Assembly (NCBI RefSeq): GCF_902713615.1
Contig: NC_052160.1
Location: forward strand, 117,034,708 to 117,098,707
Direction of reading: 5' to 3'
Source of the DNA: Scyliorhinus canicula
Lineage: Eukaryota
DNA: 64,000 nt
Below the pieces are notes generated by a model that did not search any database, was not told where the DNA came from, and saw nothing but the letters and a program-made list of their open reading frames with translations. Each line of letters begins with the position of its first letter. Position 1 is the stretch's first letter. A program made the translations under genes and the position numbers. Positions 50,279 to 61,602 of this stretch are shown in pieces.

Positions 50279-52847
50279 GACAAGACCGCTCACAACACAC
50301 GTGAGCGGAACAAGACTGGAGGGGGTTCGCCCATCCTGCACCCCCTCACCACGTTTGAGCAGAGGGCACTGGACCTTGTTGGGGGATCTGCCATCCGGGA
50401 GATCGCGCAATGCGAGGTTGGCGGAGCTGCAACAAGTGAGACAGCCCTGCATGACAAACACCCCCCCTCCCCCATCCTCTGTCCCTTCACACCCTGCCCA
50501 CTGGGACACCTCCCCCATCATCTGTCCCTTCACACACTCTGCCCACTGGAACACCTCCCCCATCCTCTGTCCCTTCACACACCCTGCCCACTTGGACACC
50601 TCCCCCATCCTCTGTCCCTTCACACCCTGCCCACTTGGACACCTCCCCCATCCTCTGTCCCTTCACACACCCTGCCCACTTGTACACCTCCCCCATCCTC
50701 TGTCCCTTCACACACCCTGCCCACTGGGACACCTCCCCCATCCTCTGTCCCTTCACACACCCTGCCCACTGGGACACCTCCCCCATCCTCTGTCCCTTCA
50801 CACACCCTGCCCACTTGTACACCTCCCCCATCCTCTGTCCCTTCACACACCCTGCCCACTGGGACACCTCCCCATCCTCTGTCCCTTCACACACCCTGCC
50901 CACTTGGACACCTCCCCCATCCTCTGTCCCTTCACACACCCTGCCCACTTGGACACCTCCCCCATCCTCTGTCCCTTCACACACCCTGCCCACTTGGACA
51001 CCTCCCCATCCTTTGTCCCTTCACACACCCTGCCCACTTGGACACCTCCCCTATCCTCTGTCCCTTCACACACCCTGCCCACTTGGACACCTCCCCCATC
51101 CTCTGTCCCTTCACACCCTGCCCACTTCGACACCTCCCCCATCCTATGTCCCTTCACACACCCTGCCCACTTGGACACCTCCCCCATCCTTTGTCCCTTC
51201 ACACACCCTGCCCACTTGGATACCTCCCCCATCCTCTGTCCCTTCACACACCCTGCCCACTGGGACACCTCCCCCATCCTCTGTCCCTTCACACACCCTG
51301 CCCACTGGGACACCTCCCCCATCCTCTGACCCTTCACACACCCTGCCCGCTTGGACACCTCCCCCATCCTCTGTCCCTTCACACCCTGCCCACTGGGACC
51401 GTCCAGCGCCCGGCCGAGCGAATCTAAATAACCCGTTTCATTCTCTCCCCTAGGACGTGATGCCGAACGACCAGGGCCGTCTGCCTCCAGGCGGACACAG
51501 GCATCTGCCCCCACTTCACCCAGGGCCGCACAAGAGAGGGTGCCCGATCAGCTGGGAGTCCCATCCTCCCCAAGCAAATCTGTGGAGCAGGACGCCCAGA
51601 GGGCAGCGACAGAGCAAGAGAGAGAAATGGCCCGCGAACGCCCTGCGGCCTCTCAGCGGGCCGATGAAATAGAGGAGGCGTCAACCCAAGACGACCTCGA
51701 GATTGTGGCACAGCTATCTCCCACACCATCCACCATCCCAGAGACACTCACCCCGGTTGGGCTATTTAGTGATGAGGCTCCTGGGTCACAGTCTGGGTTG
51801 CACATCACAGCTGAGCAGATACAGCAGGTGGAGGTCGGAGCAGCCGAGGGCCCGGACTGGCGGAGGGCAGGCCAGGCCCAGCATGCAGCTGGCTCCCAGA
51901 CGTTTTCCGAGTTCCTAGTCTTTCTCAACCCACCCGCACAGCCGATGCATCAAGAAACCCAGGGAAACAATGACGGGATGAGGGCTGTCTTCCAGACTCT
52001 GCAGACGCTGTTAGAGGAGTCGAACCACGTCCACGAGCAGGGAGTGGTGCCGCTCATGGCAGCAACCCAGGCCGACACCGCACCGGTGGCATCTGCGGTG
52101 GAGGCAATGGGTCAGGTTATGCAAGGCGTTGGGCTTAATGTGCACGTGTCAACCTCGGCCCTGGACAGGGTTGCCCTCTCACAGGCAGCAATGCGCCAGA
52201 GCCAACACGACATTGCAGGCGCGCTGCTGGCTTTGGCCGAGTCTCAGCAGGTCATGGCCCAGTCGCAGCACGCCATGGCACAGTCACAGCAGTCGATGGC
52301 ACAGTCCCAGAAGTCGATGGCACAGTCTGGGTCGCACTCACAGGTTGAGATCGCACAGTCCCTGACGGGAATGTCTAACTCCCTGGACTCCGTCTCTGCA
52401 AACCTTCGGATCCTGGTGGATACCGTTGCAGGCCTCCAGGACAGGCAGCGCCAGGTGTCGGTGGCGCGATGGGGCACCTCCCCGCTCGCACCTCTGTCCC
52501 AAAGTGAGGACCGGGGGCCACCGAGCTCCCTGATGGAGGAGGAGGTTTCGGGGCCCGTCCCATTAACTCAATCACGGGATGTCCCGGAATTCTCGGCCTC
52601 CCCCCGTCCCATCCCTGGTGCATCGGGTGGGCAGCAGGCAGAGCAGGGTGGCACAACGTCACCCGAGACGCCCGCAGAGCAGCCTGGCCCATCAAGGCCG
52701 GGTCGCCCCAGGAAACGCTTGCCGAAGGAGAAACAAGTCGAAGGGGGCGATTCTCAGCAGTCCTCCTCCACTCCTGCTGTATCATCTGGGGAATCACTTA
52801 GACGTAGTGGTAGGGCCCGTAAGGCAACAAAGAGAGACACTGAGTAA
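50279..52847 (+). pseudogene. Harbinger Myb/SANT-type accessory gene, exons 2 (50279-50435) and 3 (51454-52847); exon 1 lost except its donor at 49988/49989
   Basis: AGG|GTAAGT, CCCAACAG|GAC, ACAA|GTGAGA and CCCCTAG|GA splice sites are phase-consistent (0, then 1); exon 2 DKTAHNTRERNKTGGG is homologous to 11573; exon 3 is open to TAA at 52847. Confidence 0.85.
50468..51397. repeat. 45-bp minisatellite (43-45 bp variants, ~21 copies) in Myb-gene intron 2
   Basis: Unit CCTCCCCCATCCTCTGTCCCTTCACACACCCTGCCCACTTGGACA. Confidence 0.97.
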
Positions 52848-53398
52848 GTTGGCACGAATGAAGGGCACAGTTTAGGTGTAGGGGCCAGGGCACCTGTAAA
52901 TTTTTGTTCAAATTAAACGCACTGTTCCACCTTACTTGTAATACCGTGTGATTGTTCCACAGCCACAGGAATCGTGATGGTGACCGAGTGTCGCTGGGGT
53001 TGACGAGCGATGAAACTTCGGTGCCGGGTGTGCAGTCCCTTCCCCCCCACCCCCTCCCACAGCTAGCCGACGCGGGCACGTGATGGCGTGTCCGTGACGA
53101 TCTCAGCGGCCACCAAGGTGGATGGTTCAGCTATTGCCATGGGTCAGACTCTCTCTAACGATTCTGAGCTCACAGCTCTTCGCAGAGCGGCCTGTCATCA
53201 TTCCACATGGCACTGATCACACCCGCTGACACAGCCATCAATGTTGTGCCATACCGTCTGGACCCAGTGGTAAGGGTAATGTCGAAGTGGAGCAGTGTAC
53301 ACTGAGAGGGGGTGGGGGGGGTTGTGGTGGTGGCAGTTATGTGTTGACCCTCTGCACGACTAGCGATGCAGGTGGTGGTTTGGTGTTCAGCGGGGACA

Positions 53399-54755
53399 TC
53401 ACATACGACGCGTGAACCGTGCTGCCACCAAGGCGTCGCGTGCCCGCCGTCCTCGCCGGGTCCGTCGTGCCGCCTCCTGGACATCACCAGCACCAGGGTC
53501 GTGTCTGCGTGCTGCGCCCGCCACTCCGCCAGCCTCCTCCTCCTCCTCCTCCCTCTCCTCCTCCTCCTCCTACTCCTCTGTGCTGGCACCACTGCCACTT
53601 GCTTCTCTTTCTGCCTCCTGCAGCAGGTCATCTCCCCTTTGCATCGCGATGTTGTGCAGCGCACAGCAGACCACAACAATGCGAGCGACCCTGTCGGGTT
53701 GGTACTGCAGGGCCCCTCCGGAGCGGTCCAGGCACCTGTATCTCACCTTCAGGAGGCCAAGGCAGCGCTCCACCACACCCCTGGTTGCTGCATGGGCCTC
53801 AGTGTATCGGGTTTCCGCATTGGTCTGAGGCCTCCGTATAGGTGTCATCAGCCAAGACCTCAGCGGATAACCCCTGTCGCCTAGCAACCAGCCCCTCAGC
53901 CGGGGGGGACGTCCCTCAAACATCGCAGGGATGAACGACTGCGCCAGTATGTAGGAGTCATGCACACTCCCTGGGAACCTTGCACAGACGTTCATGATCC
54001 TCATGTGGGGGTCGCATACCACCTGGATAGTCATGGAGTATGTCCCCCTCCTGTTTGTGAACACGTCCCTGTCCCCTGCAGGCGGGCGCATGGGAACGTG
54101 AACACAATCGATTGCCCCCTGCACCATCGGTATCCCGGCCACGCTGGCAAATCCACGAGCTTGTGAGTCTTGAGTTGCTCAGTCCTCGGGGAAGGTGATG
54201 TAGCGGTCCGCGATGGCATAGAGGGCGTCGGTCACATCCCGGATACACCTGTGAACCGATGACAGGGAGATCCCGGAGAAGTCCCCGCTCGGAGACTGGA
54301 AGGAGCCGGTCGCATAGAAGTTAAGAGCGACCGTCACCTTGATGGCAACCGGGATCGCGTGTCCTCCCCCCGTTCCACGTGGGGCGAGGTGCGCCACGAG
54401 GTGACAGATATGTATCACCGTCCGCCTACTCAGCCGGAGTCTCCTCCTGCAGGTGATGTCCCGTCATTGTTAGGAAAGAGATCCGGGACACGGTACAACC
54501 CTCGGCCTTTGTCATCGCCTCTGGCGCCTTGGCAGCACCCTCACTCTCTCCTCCTCCCCCTCTTCCTCCTCCTCCTCCCCCCCCCCCCCCCCCCCCATGC
54601 TGCTTGATGACTGGCAACTCCTCGGCCCTTCCCTCTGCTGCTGCAGCTGGCCCTGCATCCACTGTGGGTTGTGGCTGTGGATGCTGCTGCATCTCCAAAT
54701 GCAGTGCAGCGGCCCCAACCACTGCGCAGAACATAGCCGTTCTGTTGGCAGACAT
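53399..54755 (-). pseudogene. Harbinger (HARBI1-like, DDE_Tnp_4) transposase pseudogene
   Basis: ATG at 54755 just after acceptor TTCTGTAG; KVTVALNFYATGSFQ, GAIDCVHV, FPGSVHD, LLGDRGY, RGVVERCLG, CCALHN; natural stop 53399-53401; premature stops at 54179 and 53570 and N-terminal frameshifts. Confidence 0.95.
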
Positions 54756-55084
54756 TGTGCTAACCTACAGAAGGGTGGTGGGGGGCAGAGAAACGGGACA
54801 TGTTAGACGGAGGTTAGTCGACACCTCGGCAGCCGCCTGCCACGGGATACCTGTGTGTCCCTGGTGGCCTGGTCGCGCTGCTGATGACGCGGGCAGCCTA
54901 ACCCCAGGTCACTTTCTGCATCCAACGGCAGTTAACTACGTCCTCTTCACCGGTGCGTCAGTGGCCTGTGTCCGTAAGCCACAGGGCAACCAGCAGCCGT
55001 GTACTCGTGACCGGCACGCCATGGCATGGTGGCAGACATTTTGTAACCGGGGTTGGACGGGTCACTCGCTCACTCTCTCCCTAC

Positions 55085-55766
55085 CCCCCCACTCCCACTC
55101 CCCCCCGTCTCCCCCACACCCTCTCAGTCTCCCAACTCCCCCCTCCATCTCCCCCACTCCCCCTCAGTCTCCTCCACTCCCCCCTCAGTCTCCCCACTCC
55201 CCCCTCAGTCTCCCCCACTCCCCCCTCCATCTCCCCCACTCCCCCCTCCGTCTCCCCCACTCCCCCCTCAATCTCCCCCACTCCCCCCTCCATCTCCCCC
55301 ACTCCCCCTCAGTCTCCCCCACTCCCCCCTCCATCTCCCCCACTCCCCCCTCAGTCTCCCCCACTCCCCCCTCAGTCTCCCCCACTCCCCCCTCCGTCTC
55401 CCCCACTCCCCCCTCAGTCTCCCCCACTCCCCCCTCATCTCCCCCACTCCCCCCTCAGTCTCCCCCACTCCCCCCTCCATCTCCCCCACCCCCCTCAGTC
55501 TCCCCCACTCCCCCCTCAGTCTCCCCACTCCCCCCTCCAGTCTCCCCCACCCCCCCCTCCGTCTCCCCCACTCCCCCCTCAGTCTCCCCACACCCCCTCC
55601 ATCTCCCCCACTCCCCCCTCAGTCTCCCCCACTCCCCCCTCCATCTCCCCCACTCCCCCCTCAGTCAACCCCAATCCCCCCTCAGTCTCCCCCACTCCCC
55701 CCTCCATCTCCCCCACTCCCCCCTCCATCTCCCCCACTCCCCCCTCAGTCTCCCCCACTCCCCCCC
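55085..55766. repeat. 21-bp C-rich minisatellite (~32 copies) upstream of the transposase ATG
   Basis: Unit CTCCCCCACTCCCCCCTC(A/C)(G/A)T; G5-G6 runs on minus strand. Confidence 0.97.
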
Positions 55767-56059
55767 GCTCTGGACCCCCCTCCCGTTCTCGGGGATGCCT
55801 TCCCCGTTGTGGCCAGACTCCAGCAGTGCGCTGAGCGGTGCGCTGAGCGGTGCGCTCACCTAATCGAAGCTCTCGTCAGCCAGCATGACTGGTTGACGAA
55901 CTTGAAAAGCAGGTGTGTTGGCCGGCGTGAAAACAGTGCGTGATGACGTTGGGACTTCGGCCCATCCGGGCCGGAGAATAGCAGGGGGCCAATAAGTAGC
56001 GATTCTGGTCGTGTCGGGGGCGCGTTCGAGGCCTTTGCCGGGAATCCCGACGTGTAGTT

Positions 56060-56238
56060 GAAAAATGAAAATCGCTTATTGTCACGAGTAGGCTTCAATG
56101 AAGTTACTGTGAAAAGCCTCTAGTCGCCACATTCCGGCGCCTGTCCGGGGAGGATGGTACGGGAATCGAACCGTGCTGCTGGCCTGCTTGGTCTGCTTTA
56201 AAAGCCAGCGATTTAGCCTGGTGAGCTAAACCAGCCCC
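56060..56238 (-). mobile_element. Full-length SINE type C nested in the Harbinger subterminal region
   Basis: Head GGGGCTGGTTTAGCTCA..GGCTTTTAAAGC..GGTTCGATTCC; TSD TAGTT (56055-56059 / 56239-56243). Confidence 0.9.
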
Positions 56239-56383
56239 TAGTTTGTGCGGGGTTTGGAGAATAGCGGGAGGGCGTCGGACCTGCGCCGCCGTGAAAATTT
56301 GCGCGGCCCGCTATTCTCCAAACCGGCGTGAGTGCGGAGAATCGCGCCCTTTGTCACCATTTCGGAGAATCATGCCCATTGTG

Positions 56384-57328
56384 TGTAATGCCCGGAATAT
56401 ACAAGTACCGGGATAAGTGCGAGTGAGTGAGTGAGTGAGGGAGGGGGGTAGGAGCAAGCCAGCGGCACCATGCTTGCAAATGATTTTTGCATGTGTATCT
56501 CTCTCTCTCTGATTGTTGAAGAAAGCCAAGTCAGCAAAGACCACAACCAAAGTGCAGAACACCCAAATTTTTAAACCAACTGGTCTCCTACCGAAGTCTG
56601 CACTACTGGGATCTTAAAACCAACTGTTCACCAGTTGAGGTGAACACTACTGGAACCTCAAAACCGTCTATTTGTCCGCTGAAGCCAGCATTATCAGAAT
56701 CGCGAATCGCAATGGCCACAATGTTCAATCATCGAGTCCTCATGAGTCATGAACTGCTTTGTAAACCTTGCTTTACTTACTTACTCGGGTTTTAATTCTC
56801 ACTTCTAATCTGTATGAATGTACATGCATGTGTTTTATAATTTTCTTGCCTTTATTGATTAATGATCCCACTCCAACTCATGAGAGCCGGGTTGCATTGG
56901 CTCTTTTTAAACCATAAACACGGGCCGGAATTCTCTGGCCATTGGGATTATCTGTTCTCACCAGCAGCGCACGCCCGCACCCACAGGTTTCCATGCAGAG
57001 TGCGATGGCTTCAGTGGGGAATCCCATTGGCAAGCAGTGGGTGTAGAGATTCCCACCACTAGCGAATGGTGCACCACCGGGAAACACGCGGGGGACCAGA
57101 GAATTCAGTCCATAGTGTCTGGGAAAAGATATCTGCAAAAGGAGGGAATCCTTTTTAGATTAATCCTGTTGTGACCAACAGTGGAGGTTGAATAAAGAAA
57201 AGGAGCCGGCTCATCCAACCTCACCAGAGCACAATAATTTGGGGATTTCCCAGCCAGTCAGTAACAAATAGAAGGAACTCACCTGGAATGACAAATTTGG
57301 AGAACCTCACCTGGGGACCAGTTGTAAC
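56384..57328 (+). mobile_element. Possible solo LTR hosting a MITE
   Basis: TGTAA...GTAACA termini, internal short direct repeats (CACTACTGG), AATAAA near 57190; no TSD identified. Confidence 0.35.
56922..57110. mobile_element. ~190-bp Harbinger-type MITE
   Basis: TIRs GGGCCGGAATTCTCTGG / CCAGAGAATTCAGTC; TSD CAC/CAT. Confidence 0.75.
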
Positions 57329-58390
57329 AATAGGTCTGACATATTTGTGCTTAAACTGGGTATTTGGTTGTTATTTAATGCCCTCACCCATGGCCGTTTG
57401 GTGGCCAGGGCACTTGATCAGGTGAAAGCATGGTGGGTCTGGATGCCACCACGGCCCTCATTATGTCCATGACAGCAAGGTCCAGTGTCGGCCATCCTAC
57501 CCGTCACCAGCTTAGTCCCTGTAGTAGCCAATAATTTTCCATTCAACAGCCTCCTACCCCGGCCACTTGTATATGCCCAGCAGCAAGCAGTGAACTTGCC
57601 ATGTGGGAAGTTGAAAAAGCAAACATTGTCGGGATTGCTTGTCAGAGCCCAGAGGGGGTCGCTCATTCCAAACCTCATTAAAGGGCTGAGCTTCAGGAAG
57701 GGGGGACCCACTGAGAACCATTCATCTGCCCTTGCAAACAACCCCGCTCCAGCCATCATTCACCTGAGGCCTGGCTCTATTGGCGATCCTGGGCCTCAGG
57801 TGGGTTTGATACCAACATCTACTGGTCAACAATGAAGAGCTGTTAGCCTCTGACTGGTGGGCAGATTTTGGCAGGTGGATCTTCTGCCCTCTGCAGTCCT
57901 TGACCTGAGTTGACACTTAATTTGACAGGCCTCCATGTTAAATACCACCGTTAGCGCTCCCTTTGAGTCATTAGATCTTACTGTTTGAATGTATAATTGG
58001 ATGTGCTTTCAATATGGGTGGGGTATTGTGTCAGGTCGTGGGGTTTGTGTGACAGTTCCTTGGGTGTATTGGTGCTCAAGCGAAGTTAGTAAATCTGTGG
58101 ACTCTGCTTCATTATTTCCTCTTCAGCCCTTTAACTAACTATTCTCTTCCTCCTGCTTTATGGAGAGTTTGTTCCACATGAGTGCAAGTATTCTCAAGTA
58201 AATTTCACAGATTCCTGTTTCCAGTCCGATTGCCATTTTTGATTAAGAAATTGTATGGGTTTAAAAGAAACCTCTATTAAGTGGAGCATACATTGCCACT
58301 TTACTGATGGTATACAGTATTGCTAAACTTTCTTATGTATTTCTCTCTTTCAAGCACCAAAACATATTGTTTAGTTTATATCTGTTGTCT

Positions 58391-58662
58391 TGTTATGCTC
58401 TTGGCGTAGCATAAGCGGCTTACTTGATGTTCACTCTGACAAAGGAAGGTTCAGATGTGGAGATAACTTCAACACGTTTATTAAACTATTTACAATTCTC
58501 CTACTCGGATTCGCCACTACTGTTAATCCTGCTATAGCTACTCAGACTGACGAACCAGTCTGCTACAATCCACGTGGTGGGTGTGATATTGAATCAATGC
58601 TGTGTCTGTACTCACTGAATGTCTCCACTGGAAAGAGGGAGATCATGTGTGCTGTGTCCTTT
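58391..58662 (-). mobile_element. Partial LTR truncated at an L1
   Basis: TGTTATG terminus, minus-strand AATAAA near 58480; layout like the LTR at 11055. Confidence 0.5.
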
Positions 58663-60753
58663 ATTTTTTTTTTTATAAATGTTTTTTATTGAGTTTTCAT
58701 ATTTTATATCCAACAAATTACAAATTATTAGAGAGAGAAAAAGAAAAAAAAACCGCAAAAATTAACATGTATATTTACAGGTAAGCATCTTCATAATAAC
58801 AACTGTGGCCGCCCCCTTTAGCCGGCATACATATTTTACATTCCCTAATATGGTTGAGGCACATGTTTATAGCATTTATTTACAGTTTGGTTTTGGGCCT
58901 TAGCTAGCCATCAAACCCCCATAACAAACCCGTAGCCCCCCCACCCCCCCACCCCCCCCCCCGGCTACCTTCCCCCGATTCCCGTCAATTTTCCCCTGAT
59001 TCTTGGCCACCCGACTATTATTCCTCTTGTACGTTGGCCACAAACAGGTCCCGGAACAATTGCATGAATGGCTCCCACGTTCTGTGGAAGCCGTCGTCTG
59101 ACCCTCGGATGGCGAATTTGCTTTTCTCCATTTGGAGAGATTCCGAGAGGTCGGACAGCCAGTCTGTAGCTCTGGGCGGTGCTGCTGACCACCAGCCAAA
59201 CAGGATTCTACGGCGGGCGATCAGGGAGGCAAAAGCAAGGGCGTCCGCCCTCCTCCCCAGGAATAGATCTGGCTGGTCTGAAACCCTGAAGACCGCCACT
59301 ATCGGGCATGGCTCCACCTTCACCCCCACCACTTTGGACATAGCCTCGAAGAAGGCTGTCCAGTACTCCACAAGTCTGGGGCAAGGCCAGAACATGTGGG
59401 CGTGGTTGGCTGGGCCTCTTTGGCACCGTTCACATCTGTCCTCCACCTCCGGGAAGAACCTAATCATACGGTTTCTTGTTAAGTGGGCTCCATGTACCAC
59501 TTTTAGTTGCGTCAGGCTGAGCCTTGCACACGTGGAGGTGGAGTTGACCCTATGCAGTGCTTTGCTCCAGAGTCCCCACCCTATCTCAATCCCCAGGTCG
59601 TCCTCCCATTTCATTCTTGTTGCGTCCAGTACGGTGTCGTCCCTTTCTACCAGTCGGTCATACATGTCGCTACAGTTCCCTTTCTCTAGGATACTTGCGT
59701 CCAGTAGGTCTTCCAGTAGTGTCTGCCGTGGCGGTTGTGGGTATGTCCTTGTCTCCTTTCGTAAGAAGTTTTTGAGCTGCAGGTACCATAGCTCATTCCC
59801 CCCGGCTAGCCGAAATTTCTCTGTCAGTTCGTCCAGTGTTGCGATCCTGTCGTCCGTGTATAGGTCCCTGACTGTCAGTGTCCCCCCGTCCTGCCTCCAC
59901 CTTTTGAAGGTGGCGTCAGTCAGTGCTGGTGTGAACCCATGGTTGTTGCAGATGGGAGCCTTGTCCGACATTTTGGTCAGGCCAAATTGCTGCCGCAGTT
60001 GGTTCCAGGATTGGAGGGTGGCTGTCACCACTGGGCTGCTGGAGTGTTTTTTGGGTGGGGATGGGAGTGCTGCTGTGGCGAGGGCCCGGAGGGAGGTCCC
60101 CATGCAGAAGCCTCCTCCGCACGCACCCACTCGGCTTCTGGCTCCTGGATCCATCCCCTTACTCGCTCGGCTGTTGCCGCCCAGTGGTAGAATTATAGAT
60201 TCGGGAGGGCTAGTCCCCCCCTGGATTTTGTTTTTTGTAGGACCTTCTTTGGGATACCCCCCCCCCCCCCCCCCCCCCCATACGAATGCCATGATAAGTT
60301 TGTCCAGGACTTTGAAAAAGGCCTTGGGGATGTAGATCGGAATGGATCTAAACAGGAAAAGGAACCTGGGCAGTACGTTCATTTTGATGGTCTGGGCTCT
60401 CCCCGCGAGGGAGAGTGGGAGTGTGTTCCATCTTTGCAGGTCCTTTTTTACTTCCTCCGTCAGGCTGGTGAGGTTCCATTTGTGGATCCCTTTCCAGTCA
60501 TGGGCTATTTGGATCCCCAGGTAGCGGAATTTGTGTCAGGCTTGTTTGAACGGCAGCCCCTTTAGTGCTGCCCCCCCCCCCCCCCACCCCCCCTTGTGGG
60601 TGTACTGGGAAGATCTCGCTTTTGCTCATGTTGAGTTTGTAGCCCAAGAAGGCTCCAAACTCTTTCAGGAGCGCGATGATTCCGTCCATGCTGCTTTGTG
60701 GGTCCGAGATGTAGAGGAGCAGATCATCTGCATAGAGTGAGACTCTGTGCTCT
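58663..60753 (-). mobile_element. 5'-truncated fish-type L1 LINE
   Basis: SLYADD to C-terminal CERC..HMFWPC (ORF 59018..60382); 3'UTR and poly(A); near-identical to the other two L1 copies. Confidence 0.95.
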
Positions 60754-61602
60754 CTATCATTATTTCAGCCTTTGTAGAGGCTGAGTATTGAGTGCTCCCT
60801 CCGAGGCAAGCATTCCACAGATCATTTTGTAGACACTTTCGAATTTTCTTTCTTCCTCGTTCTCACAACCCATTCCCAACACAAGTGATCTGCACAGAGG
60901 CCTGTATGTGCACACTACTTCATCTGAAACATTCCTGGCTTACTTGTCCTTTCAATTTTCCCAGCTTTCTTTTGAAGCGAGAGGAAGAAAAGAGGAATAG
61001 ATAGTCAGACTGAAAATGCCTCATCCATACTGAACAATTGGGCGTCAATATTTTGAACTTGGAATGTGAAATGATATGCTGGAATGTTACTATAATTTAC
61101 CACATGCCCAATGGAAATCTAGCTCCGCTGCTTATATTTCAAGCCCTACTGCATTTACCTCAGTTCAGGCTATCTGATGCCACTTGCACATACGTCAGAC
61201 CCAAGAACTACGTAACAAATCCTTACAGTGTCGCATTTTCTGAGATTGCCAGGAATGATTATAATTCCAGTATAGTGCAAGTTGAGTTTACAAGCATGTA
61301 TTAAGGGTGTTGTATTACAACCAGGCCAAACTTAGGCCTGGGTACAAATGGCAAGCAATATGTGTTCAATCATGTCTGGCCCAGTACAGCTCAGTTCAAA
61401 TTGTTCAATTGCATTCAGTTTGGTCCAAACAAGCAAAGAAATTAAGGGATATAAGTCTGCTTATCAATGGAACAGTATAGTTTTGATGCTAAGCATTTGG
61501 AAATTGACCATTTCAGGCACACACACACATGCACAAAAGGTTCACAAAATCCTTTGCAGAAATTAACAGAATGCAAGGGAGAATTTGAAATACAAAAAGC
61601 AG

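Larger units (their letters stand above)
49983..56349. mobile_element. PIF/Harbinger autonomous-type element, left end missing; convergent Myb-type and transposase genes
   Basis: Right TIR GGAGAATCGCGCCC ending 56349; transposase on -, Myb-gene exons 2-3 on +; left TIR and Myb exon 1 not found. Confidence 0.9.

Noticed and set aside
50177-51514. Long ORFs of 220-416 aa on both strands
   Set aside because: They are translations of the 45-bp intronic minisatellite; only 50279-50435 is exon-like
52129-52440. Bacterial methyl-accepting chemotaxis-like coiled coil or horizontal transfer
   Set aside because: Generic heptad pattern within a spliced transposon gene
53399-54755. Domesticated host gene HARBI1
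   Set aside because: Premature stops and frameshifts, an adjacent TIR and Myb partner, and related copies nearby indicate a transposon copy
50468-55766. CRISPR-like regular arrays
   Set aside because: Head-to-tail units without unique spacers, no cas genes, vertebrate context
54529-55943. Pro/Ser-rich extensin-like ORFs (293-444 aa)
   Set aside because: They arise from the stop-free 21-bp C-rich minisatellite
2387-56238. tRNA genes at GGTTCGATTCC B-box sites
   Set aside because: All continue into SINE bodies and tails; no complete cloverleaf with a terminator was seen
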